Shown: piece by piece, positions 35,390 to 49,030 of the stretch
How positions within the stretch are numbered: position 1 is the first letter of the stretch
How the letters are laid out: every line of letters starts with the position of its first letter
NCBI RefSeq assembly: GCF_963921235.1
Contig: NC_086097.1
Location: 139,812,001-139,876,000, forward strand
Source: Mobula hypostoma
Taxonomy: Eukaryota
Direction of reading: 5' to 3'
Length of the DNA stretch: 64,000 bases
Translations under genes and position numbers: made by a program
Notes under the pieces: model-generated
Databases searched by the model: none
What the model saw: only the letters and a program-made list of their open reading frames with translations
What the model was told of the DNA's origin: nothing

Positions 35390-35760
35390 TTTTTCATTAC
35401 TATCTTAAAACTCATACAATTATGGTCACTAGAGCCAAGTTGCTCCTTCAGTTACTTGTCCTGCCTCTTTCCCTAAGAGGAGTCCAGAACTGCAAACTCC
35501 CACATGGGCCCTCTATATATAGAATCAGAAAACTACTTGGACACATTTTACAAATTCCTCCCCAACCAAGGCCATAACATTCCAATAGTCCAGTCAGTAT
35601 CATGAAAATTAAAATCTCCCATTAATACAACCCTATAATTCTTACAACTATAAATAATTTGTTTACACACCAACTCTTCAAGTTTCACTGAGTATTAGGG
35701 GGTGTCTATAATACAGTCCCACTAGGATGACCCTTCTTTTTTCTATATTATATCCATATG
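35390..35760 (-). mobile_element. CR1 endonuclease remnant
   Basis: Reverse complement contains ATGGAGATTTTAATTTTC (GDFN-like) and GGACTGTATTATAGACACCC (YYR-P-like). Confidence 0.55.
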
Positions 35761-35774
35761 GCCTTATTGGACAA

Positions 35775-37095
35775 GTAGCTGGAGAGATTGCAGAGGCATT
35801 AACAATGATCTTTCAAGAATCGATAGATTCTGGCATTGTACCAGATAACTGGAACATTGCAAATGTTACTCCGCTATTTAAGAAGGGTGGGAGGCAGCAG
35901 AAAGGAACCATAGACCTGTCAGCCGGACATCAGTGGTTGGGAAGTTGTTGGAATCAATTGTTAAGGATGAGATTACAGAATACCTGGAGGCACATGACAA
36001 GATAGGCCAAAACCAGCATGGTTTCCTGAAAGGAAAATCCTGCCCGACTAACCTACTGCAGTTTTTTGAGGAAATTACAAACAGGGTTGATAAAGGAGAT
36101 GCAGTAGATGCGGCGTACTTGTATTTTCAGAAGGCCTTTGACAAGGTGCTGCACATGAGGCTGTTTAGCAAGATAAGAGCCCATGGAATTACAGGGGAGT
36201 TACTAGCATGGGTGGAGCATTGGCTGATCGATAGAAAACAGAGAGTGGGAATGAAGGAATTCTATTCTGGCTGGCTGCCGGTTACCAGTTGAGTTCCACA
36301 GGGGTCAGTGTTGGGACTGCTGCTTTTTACGATGTATGTCAATAATTTGGACTATGGGATTAATGGATTTGTTACTTAATGATACAAAGATAAGTGGAGG
36401 AGCGAGTAGTGTTGAGGAAAGAGAGAGCCTGCTGAGAGACTTAGATAGTTTAGGGGATTGGGCAAAGAAGTGGCAAATGAATACAATGTTGGAAAGTGTA
36501 CAGTCATGCACTTTGGTAGAAGAAATAAATGGGCAGACTATTATTTAGATGGGCAGAGAATTCAAAATGCAGAGATAGAAAGGGACTTGGGAGTCCTTGT
36601 GCAGGATACCCTAAAGGTTAACTCCCAGATTGAGTCGGCGGTGAAGAAGGCGAATGCAACGTTGGTATTTATTTCTAGAGGAATATAAGAGCAGGAATAT
36701 GATGTTGAGGCTCTATAAGACACTCGTTAGTCCACACTTGGAGTATTGTGAGCAGTTTTGGGCTCCTTATTTTAGAAAGGATATATTGACTTTGGAGAGG
36801 GTTCAGAGAGGATTCACGAGAATGATTCCGGGAATGAAAGGGTTATCATATGAGGAAAATCTGGCCGCTCTTGGGCTATATTCCCTGGATTTCAGGAGAA
36901 TGAGGGGGAGATCCCATAGAAACATTCCAAATGTTAAAAGGCCTGAACAGATTAGATATGCAAAGTTATTTCCCATAGTAGGGAAATCTAGGACAAGAGG
37001 GCACAACTTCAGGATTGAAGGATGTCCATTTCGAACACAGATGCAGAGAAATTACTTTAGTCAGAGAGTGGTAAATCTGTGGAATTTGTTGCCAC
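35775..37095 (+). mobile_element. CR1 ORF2 reverse transcriptase fragment
   Basis: EIAEALTMIF, QHGFLKGKSC, FQKAFDKV, YNVGKC, HLEYCEQFWAP and YFSQRVVNLWN across frameshifted ORFs. Confidence 0.92.
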
Positions 37096-37699
37096 ATGTC
37101 TCTGTAGTTTACAGGGATCTGATGTGCTGTGACTGTAAATGCAGGCTCCATGGGCATACGTGAATCTGTACACCAATCCACTCTCCAGTCATCCTTGAAC
37201 AAGGCCAAGCTCTTCCCAGACCACGTGGGTCCTAGAGAGACCCAGCCACACATTGAAGGATTCAATCACAGGTGACCCCACCCACCCTGAATGGGTGGAA
37301 ACATCATTTACTCCAGAGTGTGCCCAAGAATAAACATGCACAAAGGAGTTTAAAGGTATGTTATAATCTGCTCTTACAAATATAATCAACAACTATAGCA
37401 CTGTTCTCTAAAACCTGAGGGCTTGGGTTGAGGAGAAAAAGTTTAGGTGGAAAGCTGAGGTTGATTTTTTTTCTCCCAGATGGTGTTTGGCGATTGGAAC
37501 ACACTGCCTGAGAGGATGGTGGGTGTGGGCTTCCCAAAACATGTAAACATCTGGACCAGTGCCTGAATCATTGAGGTCCAGAAAGCTACATCTAAGAGCA
37601 GGAAGATGGGACTAGTATAGTTCTGCATAGATAAGTGGGCTGAAGGGCTTGTTTCTTTGCTGTACCACTTCCTTTCTATAAAACTAATCCAACCATTCT

Positions 37700-38270
37700 G
37701 ATCTTCTTGTAGAATTTGGTTCTTCATTTGTTGGGTTCTACAAAGAATCTAACTTGGATACAACCTCATAATCAAGTGGATCATATCAAACAGAAACTCC
37801 GTTTTCCACTATCTTGAGCAGAAGCTGTTTCATCGACATAAGTACATTGGATTTAGTCACCAATTTCAACCAATTATCTCTTGGTTCTATAAAGTCCTCC
37901 TGTGGTTCATATGCCCATGTATGAGATCTTACTTTGCAAGGAGGTCTAAGAAAGTTAGCCATATCATTGTTTAAGATTGTTGCAATGTTTTTGATGACTT
38001 TTGAAGCCAACCTTTGTTGAGCAAGGCTTGAGCACCTTCTCCATCAGTGCTGTTTGGTACATACTCTCTGGTGGCATGCAGAGCAGAAAGTGATTGTGTC
38101 GTTTCTCACTCAGTTTGGACTATTCCAGTGAAGCTTGCTTCCTGAGAGCTACTTTGGTAATTCAGATGGGCTCAGCCACTCCAGCTGAAGCCAGATGATG
38201 TAATGAGATGAGTTTTATATTGTTCAATTTATCAAGTTTGCGAAGAGAGTATGGTGGAAAAGCAGACTAT
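37700..38270 (-). mobile_element. Possible very old Gypsy integrase remnant
   Basis: Minus translation NNIKLISLHHLASAGVAEPI*ITKVALRKQ resembles the YHPASNG-AER-V-I-K-ALRK integrase motif. Confidence 0.35.
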
Positions 38271-38739
38271 TATCTGGAGCTCTTCAGATAAACCATGATA
38301 TACACATAGTGACCTGAGCCATCTTCAGTGCGCTTAGCAGTGGGATGTGATACACTTGAAAACTTCACTTCAGTCCACCCAGAGTGACTATCAACCAGTA
38401 GTGGAAACTAATCATTGGAGCATTATGATAATATCACAGGTAGCGTAACTGCCTCACAGTCTTGATGACCCACATACTGTCTGCATGGAAACTGGACATA
38501 CTTTCTGTGATTATGTTGGTTCCCTCCCATATCCCAATAAACTGCTGTAAATTACCTGAGTTCTGGTGTTATGTAAAATGATCAAATAGTTGACGGGTTG
38601 ACGTATGGAAGAGAATGAAGAGGCAGTGGGTAGAACTGATTCTTTCTGGTTCATGATAAGTTAATGAGTTGTTTCCTCATTTCTCAAAAGTCTGCACACA
38701 GTATCTGAAAAGTTTCAGTAGTCCATGTCCAAAACACCA

Positions 38740-39740
38740 AAGACATACAGATAAAATACAAGAGAGGGGTCCAGGTAAACACTGCCCCTCAGAGATTGAG
38801 GTTAGGGAAATGTAATTGGGGAACAAGAAAATGATAGAGGAGTTAAACAAATATTTGACATCAGTTTATACAACTGAAGATGTACAAACATCCTGTTAAT
38901 ATGAATAATGCTCAGGCTGAATCAACTTTCGCTACCATCACTAAAGAATTGGCTTTAGGCAGAATAATGTGGCTACAAGCTGATAAGTCCCCTGGACTGA
39001 ATAGATTGATCCTAGAATCTGAAAAGAAATGGTTACCAAGATAGTGAATGTATTATCCACAAAGACCCAAAGGATTCTGGAGACATGCCAGAGGATTAGT
39101 GGAAGGTGGAAAACAGTGGATAAAGGCAGATGGATTAGATCAACATTTATTGTTGGAAAACCATTACTTTCAATGTTAGAATCAAATTATTAACTAAGTA
39201 ATAGCAGGCAGTCTATTGAACTTTGCTTTGGAGCAAATAACAAACTGCAGAATAAAGTGTTAGAGTTAATAAGAAAGTGCAATGCAGGCAGACAATAAGG
39301 CATAAATTCCACGATGAAGTAGATTGTGAGGTCAAGAGTCCATCTTATCATACAGGAGACCGTTCCATAGTTTTATAATGGTGGATGGAAGCTGTCCTTT
39401 GATTGTTAACTGACCACACAGTGTAAATACTGGGAGGATGTTTCCTCTGAAAGGAGAGTCCAGAAGCTAAGGGCATAGCCTCAGAATAAGGGCCAGTCTC
39501 AATTAAGACAGAGCTGAGGAATTTCCTCCATCAGATACTTGTGAGTATTTGAAACAAAGATCTGTGGGGGCTCAGTGTTTTGGACTATTTATGACTAAGA
39601 TCGTTCTCTAATCAGTAAGCAAATGAAGTCGATAGGAAAGTGGATGGGGAATACTGGATCAGCCATGATCCTTTGAATGATGCAGCAGGTCTGAGGGATC
39701 AAATGGTCCCATCTTGTTCCTACTTGTGAAGTTCTGATAT
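38740..39740 (+). mobile_element. Highly degraded CR1 ORF2 pieces
   Basis: GAGGAGTTAAACAAATATTT, GCTGATAAGTCCCCTGGAC and GGATCAGCCATGATC motifs. Confidence 0.6.
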
Positions 39741-40399
39741 CACAGTGAATAAGTAGTATGACAGTCTCCCCAGTCATTACCCAAGTATACTCATGTGCCC
39801 ATCAGAATGATTTTAATGAGCGATGAACAATGATCAGTCAAGTTCTGTGGCAAGGTGAAGTTAAGTTAGAGTGAGTTTTAGTATCTGATGGAGAAATACT
39901 GGATGCCCTTACCTCATGCCTGCAACAACTAACCATACTCTTAAGCACAAGGATGTTATTGGCTGTGACTGCAAGTGGACTTTGTGGCCTGGAGAGTAAA
40001 TCCTTCTGCCACTAACCTAACTTGGACCCGGTGCAGGTCGCAGTTAGTGCTGACGTGTGGCCAGTCCTAGTAACCTAGAGAAATAATCTATACTTTGTCA
40101 ATTTCAAAGAAATTTCATGACTAATGCCTGTAGGAGATGAGACAACAAGAATAGATTTTTGGAGCACACAATTGCTTCTGTAACTAAAAGACCAATCTTT
40201 GGGACTGGAACTCACAAAATATAACTAGCGTACAAAAGTTATTTTCATTACTTAGACCTCATTGGCAGACAGCTGCTTTGACCTCATATGGTCACTCACC
40301 CAGGATATTGAGTGGTGATACAGAAGCAGAACTCCTTCAGTGAAGGTAATGTGGGTGGTGGGAGTGAATGGGTAACAAACTACAGACTAGGACTCACTA

Positions 40400-43300
40400 A
40401 CTGCGCCTATCAGCTGTCCGAGTGGTGTCACAATAACAACCTCACACAATGTTAGCAAGACCAAGGAACTGATTGTGGACTTCCGGAAGTGGAAGTCAGG
40501 GGAACATACATCAGCCCTCATGGAAGAGTCGGTGATGGAAATGGTGAGCAACCTCAAGTTCCCGGATATCAACATCTGGAAGATTCCATTTTGAGCAGAA
40601 CACATTGATGTAGCCATGAAGAAGGCACACCGGTGGCTCTGCTACATTAGGAGTTTGAAGGTATGGTACATCACCAAAGACGCTTGAAAATTTCTGAAGA
40701 GGTATGGTGGAGAGCATTCTGACTGGTTACAACACAGCTTGGCATGGACGCTCTAATGCACAGAATCACAAGAGGCTGCAGAAGGTTCTTCCCTCAGCCA
40801 GCTCCATTATTTATCTACTTATTTATAGATAAAGACTGTTACAGGCAAAATGAGCTGTGCCTCCCAGCAACCCACCTATCTGACACTAGCCTAAACATAG
40901 GACAATTTGCAATGACCAATTAACCTACTAACCAGTACATCTTCTGACTCTGGGAGGAAACTGGAAGAAACCCACATGCATGTGGGAAGAACATACAAAC
41001 TTTCTTTCAGAGGATGCTGGAATTGAACTCTGATCTCCAACCATTAACCCATAATTGGCACATCCTTTCCCACCACCAAGGACATCATTAAGAGGCAATG
41101 CCGCAGGAAAGTGACAGCCATCGTTAACGATCCACTGTCAGGCCTGCTCATGCTGGCTCCTCACAGTCTCCAGCCAACTAACAGGAGTCATCTGCCACTG
41201 ATTTCCAAATCATCACCTGCAGCCTATTTAAACCCAGCTCTCATCCACTAACCTTGTTCTCTCTTACGAACCAGCCAGCCTCTACCACTTGTTCCTACTC
41301 TTCAGTTACCTTATCATGCTAAGTTTCTTCTTTCTTGTTCTGTGGCCCCTCATGGCTTGTTATTTTGTAGTTTGTTATTAAAGTTATTGCTCACAGTAAA
41401 TCATCTACACTACTTTGTACATGGGCCAAGCCTTCTCTACAATTCCTGAGAAGATGAGTGTACCAATGATTGACCCTGCAGAGCATGCTTGACTAAAGGA
41501 AGTCATCCGTCAACAAGAGCACACAATCCAGAACTAATAGGAAACCACTGACCATCTGCTTGCCACTCTCAACCAACTCTGGGTCTCAATACAGAAACCC
41601 TGTGACAGTCAAACTCCCTCTGAGTCCTGGATTCCAGTGCCCGAATGCTTCGATGGGTCCCCAACCTGATGTCATAATTTCCTGTCCCAGTGCATCTTAC
41701 AATTCGAGCTCCAGACATCTCTGTATGTTATGGACACATGAACACTTCGAGTCCATCCAATTCCTCCTTACCATCTCACCCAAGACTCCTCTTAACTTGG
41801 GCTACCCCTGACTCTCCATTCATGACCCTCACTTTGCCTGGTCACACGGTTCACTGCTAAGTTAGGGACCCACCTGTCTGCAACCTCAGCTGACTTCAGC
41901 TTGTAAATCTGTGGAAAAGATGGAAATTCTTAACCTCACCAAACTCCCACAGGAATACCAAGACTTAGCCACTGCCTTCAGTAAAAGGGAAGCTAGCATC
42001 TAGCCGCCTCACAGATGACATGGCAGCATGATCGATCTCCTCCTGAGCACTACTCCTCCCTGAGGTCATCTGTTCTCCCTCTCCCCTCCTAAGACCCAAG
42101 CCATGAATGATTACATGAAGTGTTATAGCACGGCTTCATTCAACCAGGCCCTACAGCATGAGCCTGCTCTGGCCGACTCACCTGACATCCATATGTTCAT
42201 GCTGGTACCTGCTCTGGGCCAAGCTGTCTCACAATCTGCACCTCCTCTGCTATGGGTATGTCACCTTTTGAAGTGGAACAACCTCTGTTGTTCCCCGCAG
42301 AGGAGCCACAGCTCCCACCCACCAGGGTCCTGGTTTACCTATGCCGGAATGCTTGGAAGAGGGCAAACAGGGCCATCCTAGCTGCCAACTGTACCTACTG
42401 CTGCCAGCATCCAGCCTGGGGCCATGTCTGGCTGTGCACCTGAGATCCACCCCTGCAAGTCAACCTCTGTAAGGTCTCACCCCAGTTCATTTTTCCCTTT
42501 AAGATTACGTATTGTATCAACCCAGTCACTTAACATCTCCAGCTGTCACCATCCCTCAGGATCACACCTACCTTCCACATGTCCTGCCTTAAGCCTGTTG
42601 TCCCACTTCAACCCACCTGAGCCTGCACCTCTGGAACCCAGGATGGTGCAAGGTGCTTCAGTGTACACAGTCTGCTGGTTGATGGATTCACATCATTGTG
42701 GATGGGATGTGCAGTACCTCACTGACTGGAAAGGGTACGGCCTGGAGGAGAGGTACTGGTGGCCAGTCTGTTATATCTTGAATCCATTGCTCTTCGAGGA
42801 GTTCTACCAGACTTATCCAGATCATCCTGGGCCATTGGGAGGGTGTCCTGACAGGCCTTCACATGCAATCTCCACACAACTAACAGGAGTCACCAGCTAC
42901 TCATTTCCAGCTTATCACCTGCAGCCTATTTACACCAAGCTCTCATCCACAATCCTTGATCACTGGCATGAACCAGCCAGCCTCAGCCAATTGCTCCTAG
43001 CCTTTAGTCACCTGGTTGTCTTGTTGAGTTAAGTCTTATTTGTGGTCCCTCTTGGCTTGTTATTTTGCATTTTATTATTAAAGTTATCGCTCACTGCTGA
43101 ATCATCTCCTCTGCTCTGTGTTTGGTTCAAACTCCTCTACATTTCCTCAGACTCACTGTCTGGGACACTCCCTCTTTCTTGTTGCTATCATGAGGGAGGA
43201 TGTACACACTCAATGATTCAAAAACAGCTTCTTCCTCTCTGCTATCTGATTTTTAAACGGTCCATGAACATCACTTCAGTATGTCTTTACTTTGCACTAT

Positions 43301-43400
43301 TTATTTATTATGTAATTAAAGTAATTATTATGCCTTTGCACTGTATTGCTGCTAGAAACAACAAATTTCACCTCATATAAGACAGTGAAAATAAATCTGA
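40400..43400 (+). mobile_element. Rex/L2-type LINE 3' portion hosting a SINE (~40810-41045) and a Gypsy element
   Basis: AATGTTAGCAAGACCAAGGAACTGATTGTGGACTTC (NVSKTKELIVDF). The 3'UTR resumes after 43151 and ends AATAAATCTGATTCTGA. Confidence 0.75.
41136..43151 (+). mobile_element. Internally deleted Ty3/Gypsy chromovirus (sushi-like) with both LTRs
   Basis: Similar ~300-bp LTRs at 41136-41451 and 42849-43151. Gag-like PECFDGS...FLSQCILQFELQ, pol-like LPQEYQDLATAFSK...PPHR...IDLL, and chromodomain YTVCWLMDS...QYLTDWKGYGLEERYW. Confidence 0.88.
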
Positions 43401-44589
43401 TTCTGAAGCCAATTTTGAACATGAAGGCATGGACAGTTTTTGGAACATTGGAAGGAGGTGCGAGTTCTCCTTCACTCCAATAAATCTTGGCACTAGTTGC
43501 ACTGTCAGATTAGGACATGGTGGGAATGTCAGCATGTAATGAGCTCTGTGAGAATTCAGTGACATGGTCATGGAATCAGAGTGGCTGATGTACAGGCAGA
43601 CAAAAGGTCTGTGATGTGGTCAGTGACTCCACCAACTGGGGACACGTATAAATACTGATAATGTTGTCTGACATGTGCCTTGACACTCCAGCCCAGTGTT
43701 TCTGTAGTGCTTGAAACACCCAGCAGGTCAGGAGGTATCTGTGCAGGGAGAAATGGTCTGTGGTTTGGTTTGATGAACATAGTCACTTATGAGATCTTTG
43801 CTGGACTCCCGTCCTCTTGACTATCCTTGATTTTAAGTGCTTTAGCACTGGTGGCCATTCCCTCAGCTCCTTAAACCCCTCCACCTCTCTCACCTCTGTC
43901 AAACTTCCCACTAGCTCAGTGCTTGGTCTCAGTGTTTGATAGTGTTCCCAAGCAACTGTGGGGTGCTCTGTTCTATGAGACTGCTGCTGAATTTGAACTG
44001 TCTTCCCTCCCCTCTCCACTAATGGTATTGTAGGAGCTGGTCATGGCCAGAACTGCCCAGCGTCTCCGGGCAAAGAGGAGACCAGTGCTGGTCAGTGGAA
44101 CCACAGTCGGTGGGAGAAGGATCAGCCTTTGCAAGTGCAGAGGCAAACTATCAAGAAGGCAGTGAGTTCCGGCCAGACTGCGGTGCTGTAGGCTCCCTCA
44201 TCTTGCCTGCCTCTGAGAGATCATTGCCGTTTTAAGCAGCTGCTGAGTGCAATGACGAAGTACTGGAGCTGGAACAAGACCTGCAGTTTGTAAATGATGA
44301 TTGGATAAGCCGACTGCTGACACTTGCCAGGGCCTGGAAATGTATGGAGTGAGAAACTGGCTCCTGTAGACAGGAGGTAGCAGTCAGTACTTTTCACAGT
44401 ATCTCACTGCAGCTGCAGTCAGGAGTGTAGTTTCCAGATGGCCAGTCTGATGCAAGGCTCACATTCCCTGCACGAGCTCCCCCTAACACAGGACTTGCTC
44501 AGTTCAGTTCCTGGAGCAGCCAGTGTGTTGACTCTTCCCTTGTCCTGGTTAAGAAATGAACTCAACATTCACTCACACCAACGCTTACA

Positions 44590-46025
44590 GGAACGTAGAA
44601 ATGGAAGCAGAAGTCAGCCATTTGACCCCATCACTCATCCATTGATTTTTACATCAATGCCACTTTCCTTAACAACCATCACACCCTCAACTTCCTCAGT
44701 ACCCAGAAATCTATCAATTGTTGTTGTGTTGAATTCAGTGACTGAACCCCTATGTTCTTCCAGTGCTGAGAATTCCAAAGATCCACTACCCAATGGATAA
44801 AGATATTCCTCCTGGTCTCAGACCTGGATGGTTGAATCTTTATCCTGAATCTGTGACCCTGGTTCTGGACTCAGGAACAGCCCTTCCCATTTCCAAGCTT
44901 ACAAACTCTGTAAGGATCTTGAAGTTTTAGTGAATCAGTGATATACAGAGACCTTTGGGTCCAAGCCCATAGTTCCCTGGCCAAAAAGGCATATGGCATG
45001 ATTGACTTCATTGGGAGGGGTAAGAGTAAGGACATAATGAACATTAGTTAGGCTGCACATGAAATACAGTGTGCATTTCTGTTTGCTCCATTACAAGAAG
45101 GATGTGGAGGCTGTGGGAAGGGTGCAGAAGAGGTTTACCAGGGAAGCAGGGGGTAATGGCTACAAGGCAAGGACAAACTTGTTTTACTCCCTCTGAGTGC
45201 TGGAATGTGGCAGGCTGAGGGGCAATCTGACAGAATTATATAAAATTTTATGAGGTATGGAGGTGATAGATAGACAGCATTTTATCCCGTGTAGAAATAT
45301 CGAATACTTGAGGATATGCATTTAAAATGAGAAGGGGAAAGTTTAAGGTAGGTGCTTTAATGATCTTAATGGAATTAATGTAAAGGGTGAAATGAACTGT
45401 TAGGGGAGGTAGTGGAAATAGATACTATAGAGGTGTTTAAGAGGTTGTCAGATAAACATATGAACATGCAGGGAACGGATTTATGTGGATCATATACAGG
45501 CTGAAGAGAAATTTGTTTAATTTGGCATTGTGTTTAGCACAGATACGGTGAGGCAGAGGGCCTGTTCCTGTGTACAGTTCACAGGATTTGAACACAAAGA
45601 TACAAAGGGCTATCACGATTATGTTTTAATTTTCACTACCTCTTGCTCTCACACTCTATGAGAATGGAAGCCTAACCTACTCAATCTCTCCCCATGTTGT
45701 AGGTCCAGGAACAGAGCAAAGCCCTCAAACGTTAAGCCATTCATTCCCGGAATCATTCATGTGAATCTCCTCTGGGCTCTCTCCAATGTCAGCATATATT
45801 TTCTTTGATAAAGGGCCCAAAGCTGCTCACAATACTCCAAGTGTGGTCTGATCAATGCCTAATAAAGCTTCAGCATTACGTCCTTGCTTTTATATTTAGT
45901 CCTCTTGGAATGAATGCTAACGTTCCACTTGCCTTCCTTACCACCAACTCAACCTGCAAATTAACCTTTAGGGACTCCTGCATCAGGACTCCCAAGTCCC
46001 TTTTAGCTCTGATTTTTGAATTTTC
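44590..46025. mobile_element. Cluster of CR1 3' fragments in alternating orientation (-, +, -)
   Basis: About 44590-44930 minus, 44940-45580 plus (CATTACAAGAAGGATGTGGAGGC) and 45660-46025 minus (RDLGVLMQESLKVNLQV). Confidence 0.7.
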
Positions 46026-46899
46026 CCTGTAGCCCCAGGTTAGATCACTTTTCCTGCTGTGTCTTTGTGTCAATACATGATTAGTAGCAAAAATTGACTT
46101 CCCTATCTCCACTGTCAGACTCTTTAATGCCATTTCCCAACCTGCTTCTCACATCGTCACCATTCTCTTGGACTACATTGAAAATTCTGCCATATAGAGT
46201 CATTCCTTCTCTGTGGAATCTTTACAAGATTATTAATTGACCCTTTCTCTTAGCAGATGACTGGATTTATAATAATATGTCCCTCAACACACTGATCTAT
46301 ACATCTTGTAGAATTTACCTTCCACAATTTATGTGTACATTAAGTTCTCATGATTACTGAATTACCCCATTACATGTACTGTAGCTGTAATTTCTTTATT
46401 TATATTGTGCGTCACAACTATTATTCAGAGGCCCATTAACAACTCACACCATTGTCTGCCACTGTGCCTTTGATTTCCCTCCTTCCCCAACCTGGTTCTA
46501 CATCTACACACAATCTGCTGGGCCAGCCACTACACTGATGTAATTAACATCACCATCCCATCAGATAGGCTGGAGCATTTATCTCCCAGCACTGGTCCCT
46601 CTGTGTGGCAGTTAGTTCCCAGTCACAGACGTTTCTCACCCCTGTGGCCAGAGGGACCTTGGGCAGGGCATCTGGTGTTCTGAAATGTGACTGCACTGCT
46701 GAATATTCTGATCAGAAGCCGGAGAGGCAGCACGATCCCATCATTTAGCATAACCAGAGCTTTGCCTCTGACCTGGTGTGTCTGACCTGTGGTATGAACT
46801 CTGACTGAGTGCCACAAGCCCAGGTACAGTCTCACCGCGTCACTGTGCAGGGATGACAGTGGTCAAAGCCAGAGATTTCTCACCAGAGAGGCTGTGTTG

Positions 46900-47260
46900 G
46901 CTCAGTGGCTTCCCACCCGCCTGACAGGGAGACGATTATCAGCAGGTGGGGTGTGCAGGTAGAGCCATTGACTCACCCTGCCAGTGTTCAATCCCAACCT
47001 CTGGTGCAGGCTGTGCGGAGTTTGCACGTTCTGCCTGTGACCATGTGGGTTTCCCCAAGTGCTCTGGTTTCCTCCCCACCCCCGTCCACGGGTATGTAAG
47101 TTGGTGGGTTAATTGACTGCTGCAGGTTGCTCCTGGTGTGTGGGTGATCAGTGGAATACAAGGAGAGATAATCCGAGAATAAACTGAGATTAATGTAGAA
47201 TTATTGAACTGGGTCAGCATAAACTCGATGGGCTGAAGAGCCTGTTTCCAGACTCTGTGA
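46900..47260 (+). mobile_element. tRNA-derived V-SINE-like element
   Basis: B-box-like GTTCAATCCC, core GGAGTTTGCACGTTCT...GTGGGTTTCC and CR1-like tail GATGGGCTGAAGAGCCTGTTTC. Confidence 0.7.
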
Positions 47261-48049
47261 CATCCAGGCTTATCCCATCAGAGCAGGAAGAGATTTCCCA
47301 GTGTGGGTCACTGCCCCTCTACCAAGTGAAGACAAGGGGCTGCTCACATCTCAGGGACCACCTTGAGGTATTCTGGGTCACAGAGTAAAGTAAAGACCAT
47401 CTGGGGTGATGCTGCCTGAACGAAGGAATATCTAATTGTCCACTCCCCAGTCCTTACTATTTCTCCACTCCCCGTTTCTCTGACTCTTCTTCCAATGTCC
47501 ATTCAGGTGGCATGTTCCGGATCACAGTAACTCACCACATAGAAACTCCTTCCTGCCTCCATCCACTCCTCTCAGTAATTCCACTGGACATCCCTCTGCC
47601 TGCTTTGGAAATCATTCGATTTGCTCAAATAAAAGCTGTTCTTCATTTAGGCAACTCTGACAAATTTCCCCTCAACCTGCTTTGAAACAGCCCAGACTCC
47701 CAGCATATCCCTCATTACTGACTTCTTGAACTCCTGTAGCTAAAGCTGCCATGTTGTGAGTTGCAGGGCAAGGGCAAACCTCAGTTCAATTCATCACAGG
47801 CCTTTGGGATGGCACTGGTGTTTGATGCCCGGAACACGCTCTACTTCTTCCTATTGCCTTTTGATTAAATTCAGCTTTCCCCTGCTAAAATGTAATGTTT
47901 AAAAGCTACTGAATTCAACTTAAATCAGCCAAATGACTTAACTTAAAAGAAGATATATTAAAAATTAAATTAGCTTCCATTAGTTTTGGAATGTAATTTT
48001 AACCTTTTTATGTCGGATTTTTGAACGTCGACCCCCCATCTCCAATACT

Positions 48050-48680
48050 GGACCGAGGGAGCCAGACTATGCACAGCAATACTCACTACCTTCTACAGAT
48101 ACGCAACAGAGAGCATCCTAACATGCTGCATCACCGCACGGTGCGGAAACTGCACTGCGACGGATGGGAAGGCTCTGCAAAGGGTTGTCAAAACGGCCCA
48201 AAGCATCACCAGCACCAGACTACCCACCATCAAAGACATATAAACAGAAAGGTGCTGGGAAAAGGCCAGCAATATCATGAAGGATCCCACCTGGCCTGTT
48301 CATGGACTGTTTGTCCCACTCCCATTAGGGAGGAGGCTACGTAGCATCCACATCAAAACCACCAGGTTTTAAAGCAGATACTTTACCCCAAGCAATAAGG
48401 CTGATCAACCTCACCCACTAACCCAACCCACCACACCCCTGACAAGCGCTACTTTATCACCTGATATACAGATGCTACCGCACCCAGCATCACTTTATGT
48501 ACATACAATCAATATATGTATATAAACCATCTTGTGTATTAATATTTACTGTACTCTTTGCTATCATTGTATTCTTTAACTTACTGTGTTTTTCATGCTG
48601 CATCTGATCTGGAGTAACAATTATTTCATTCTCCTTTACACTTGTGTACTGGAAATGACATGAATCAATCTTGAGTCTGG
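48050..48680 (+). mobile_element. Rex/L2-type LINE 3' fragment
   Basis: Homologous to 14330-14935 (GTGCGGAAACTGCACTG, GAAAGGTGCTGG, GATCTGGAGTAACAATTATTTC). Confidence 0.8.
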
Positions 48681-49030
48681 AATGAGAATGGGCTGTGGAT
48701 ACACAAGTGGAAGTGAGACAATCACCCTCCAGACTCATAGATATTTCACAAACAGAACATACCTTCCAGAGGAGGCACTTTTTATTCCTTAAGGAGCAGC
48801 AAGAAGATTTTACAGAGAAAGGGAGAGATGCGGGGGGTCAGAAGAGTTCACGGACAGGAGGGGGTGTATGGACTGGAAGTGGTTACAGAGAAGGGGAGTG
48901 GTGTAGAACACAGATAGGAGATTCAGGTAGGATTGTAGGAGCAGGAAGGAGTTAAAGAAATGGGGTGGGGCTGGCGTTAGTGGCCAGACAACAGCAACAA
49001 AAATGGAAAAGGGTGAGGCAGCCAAAGTTG

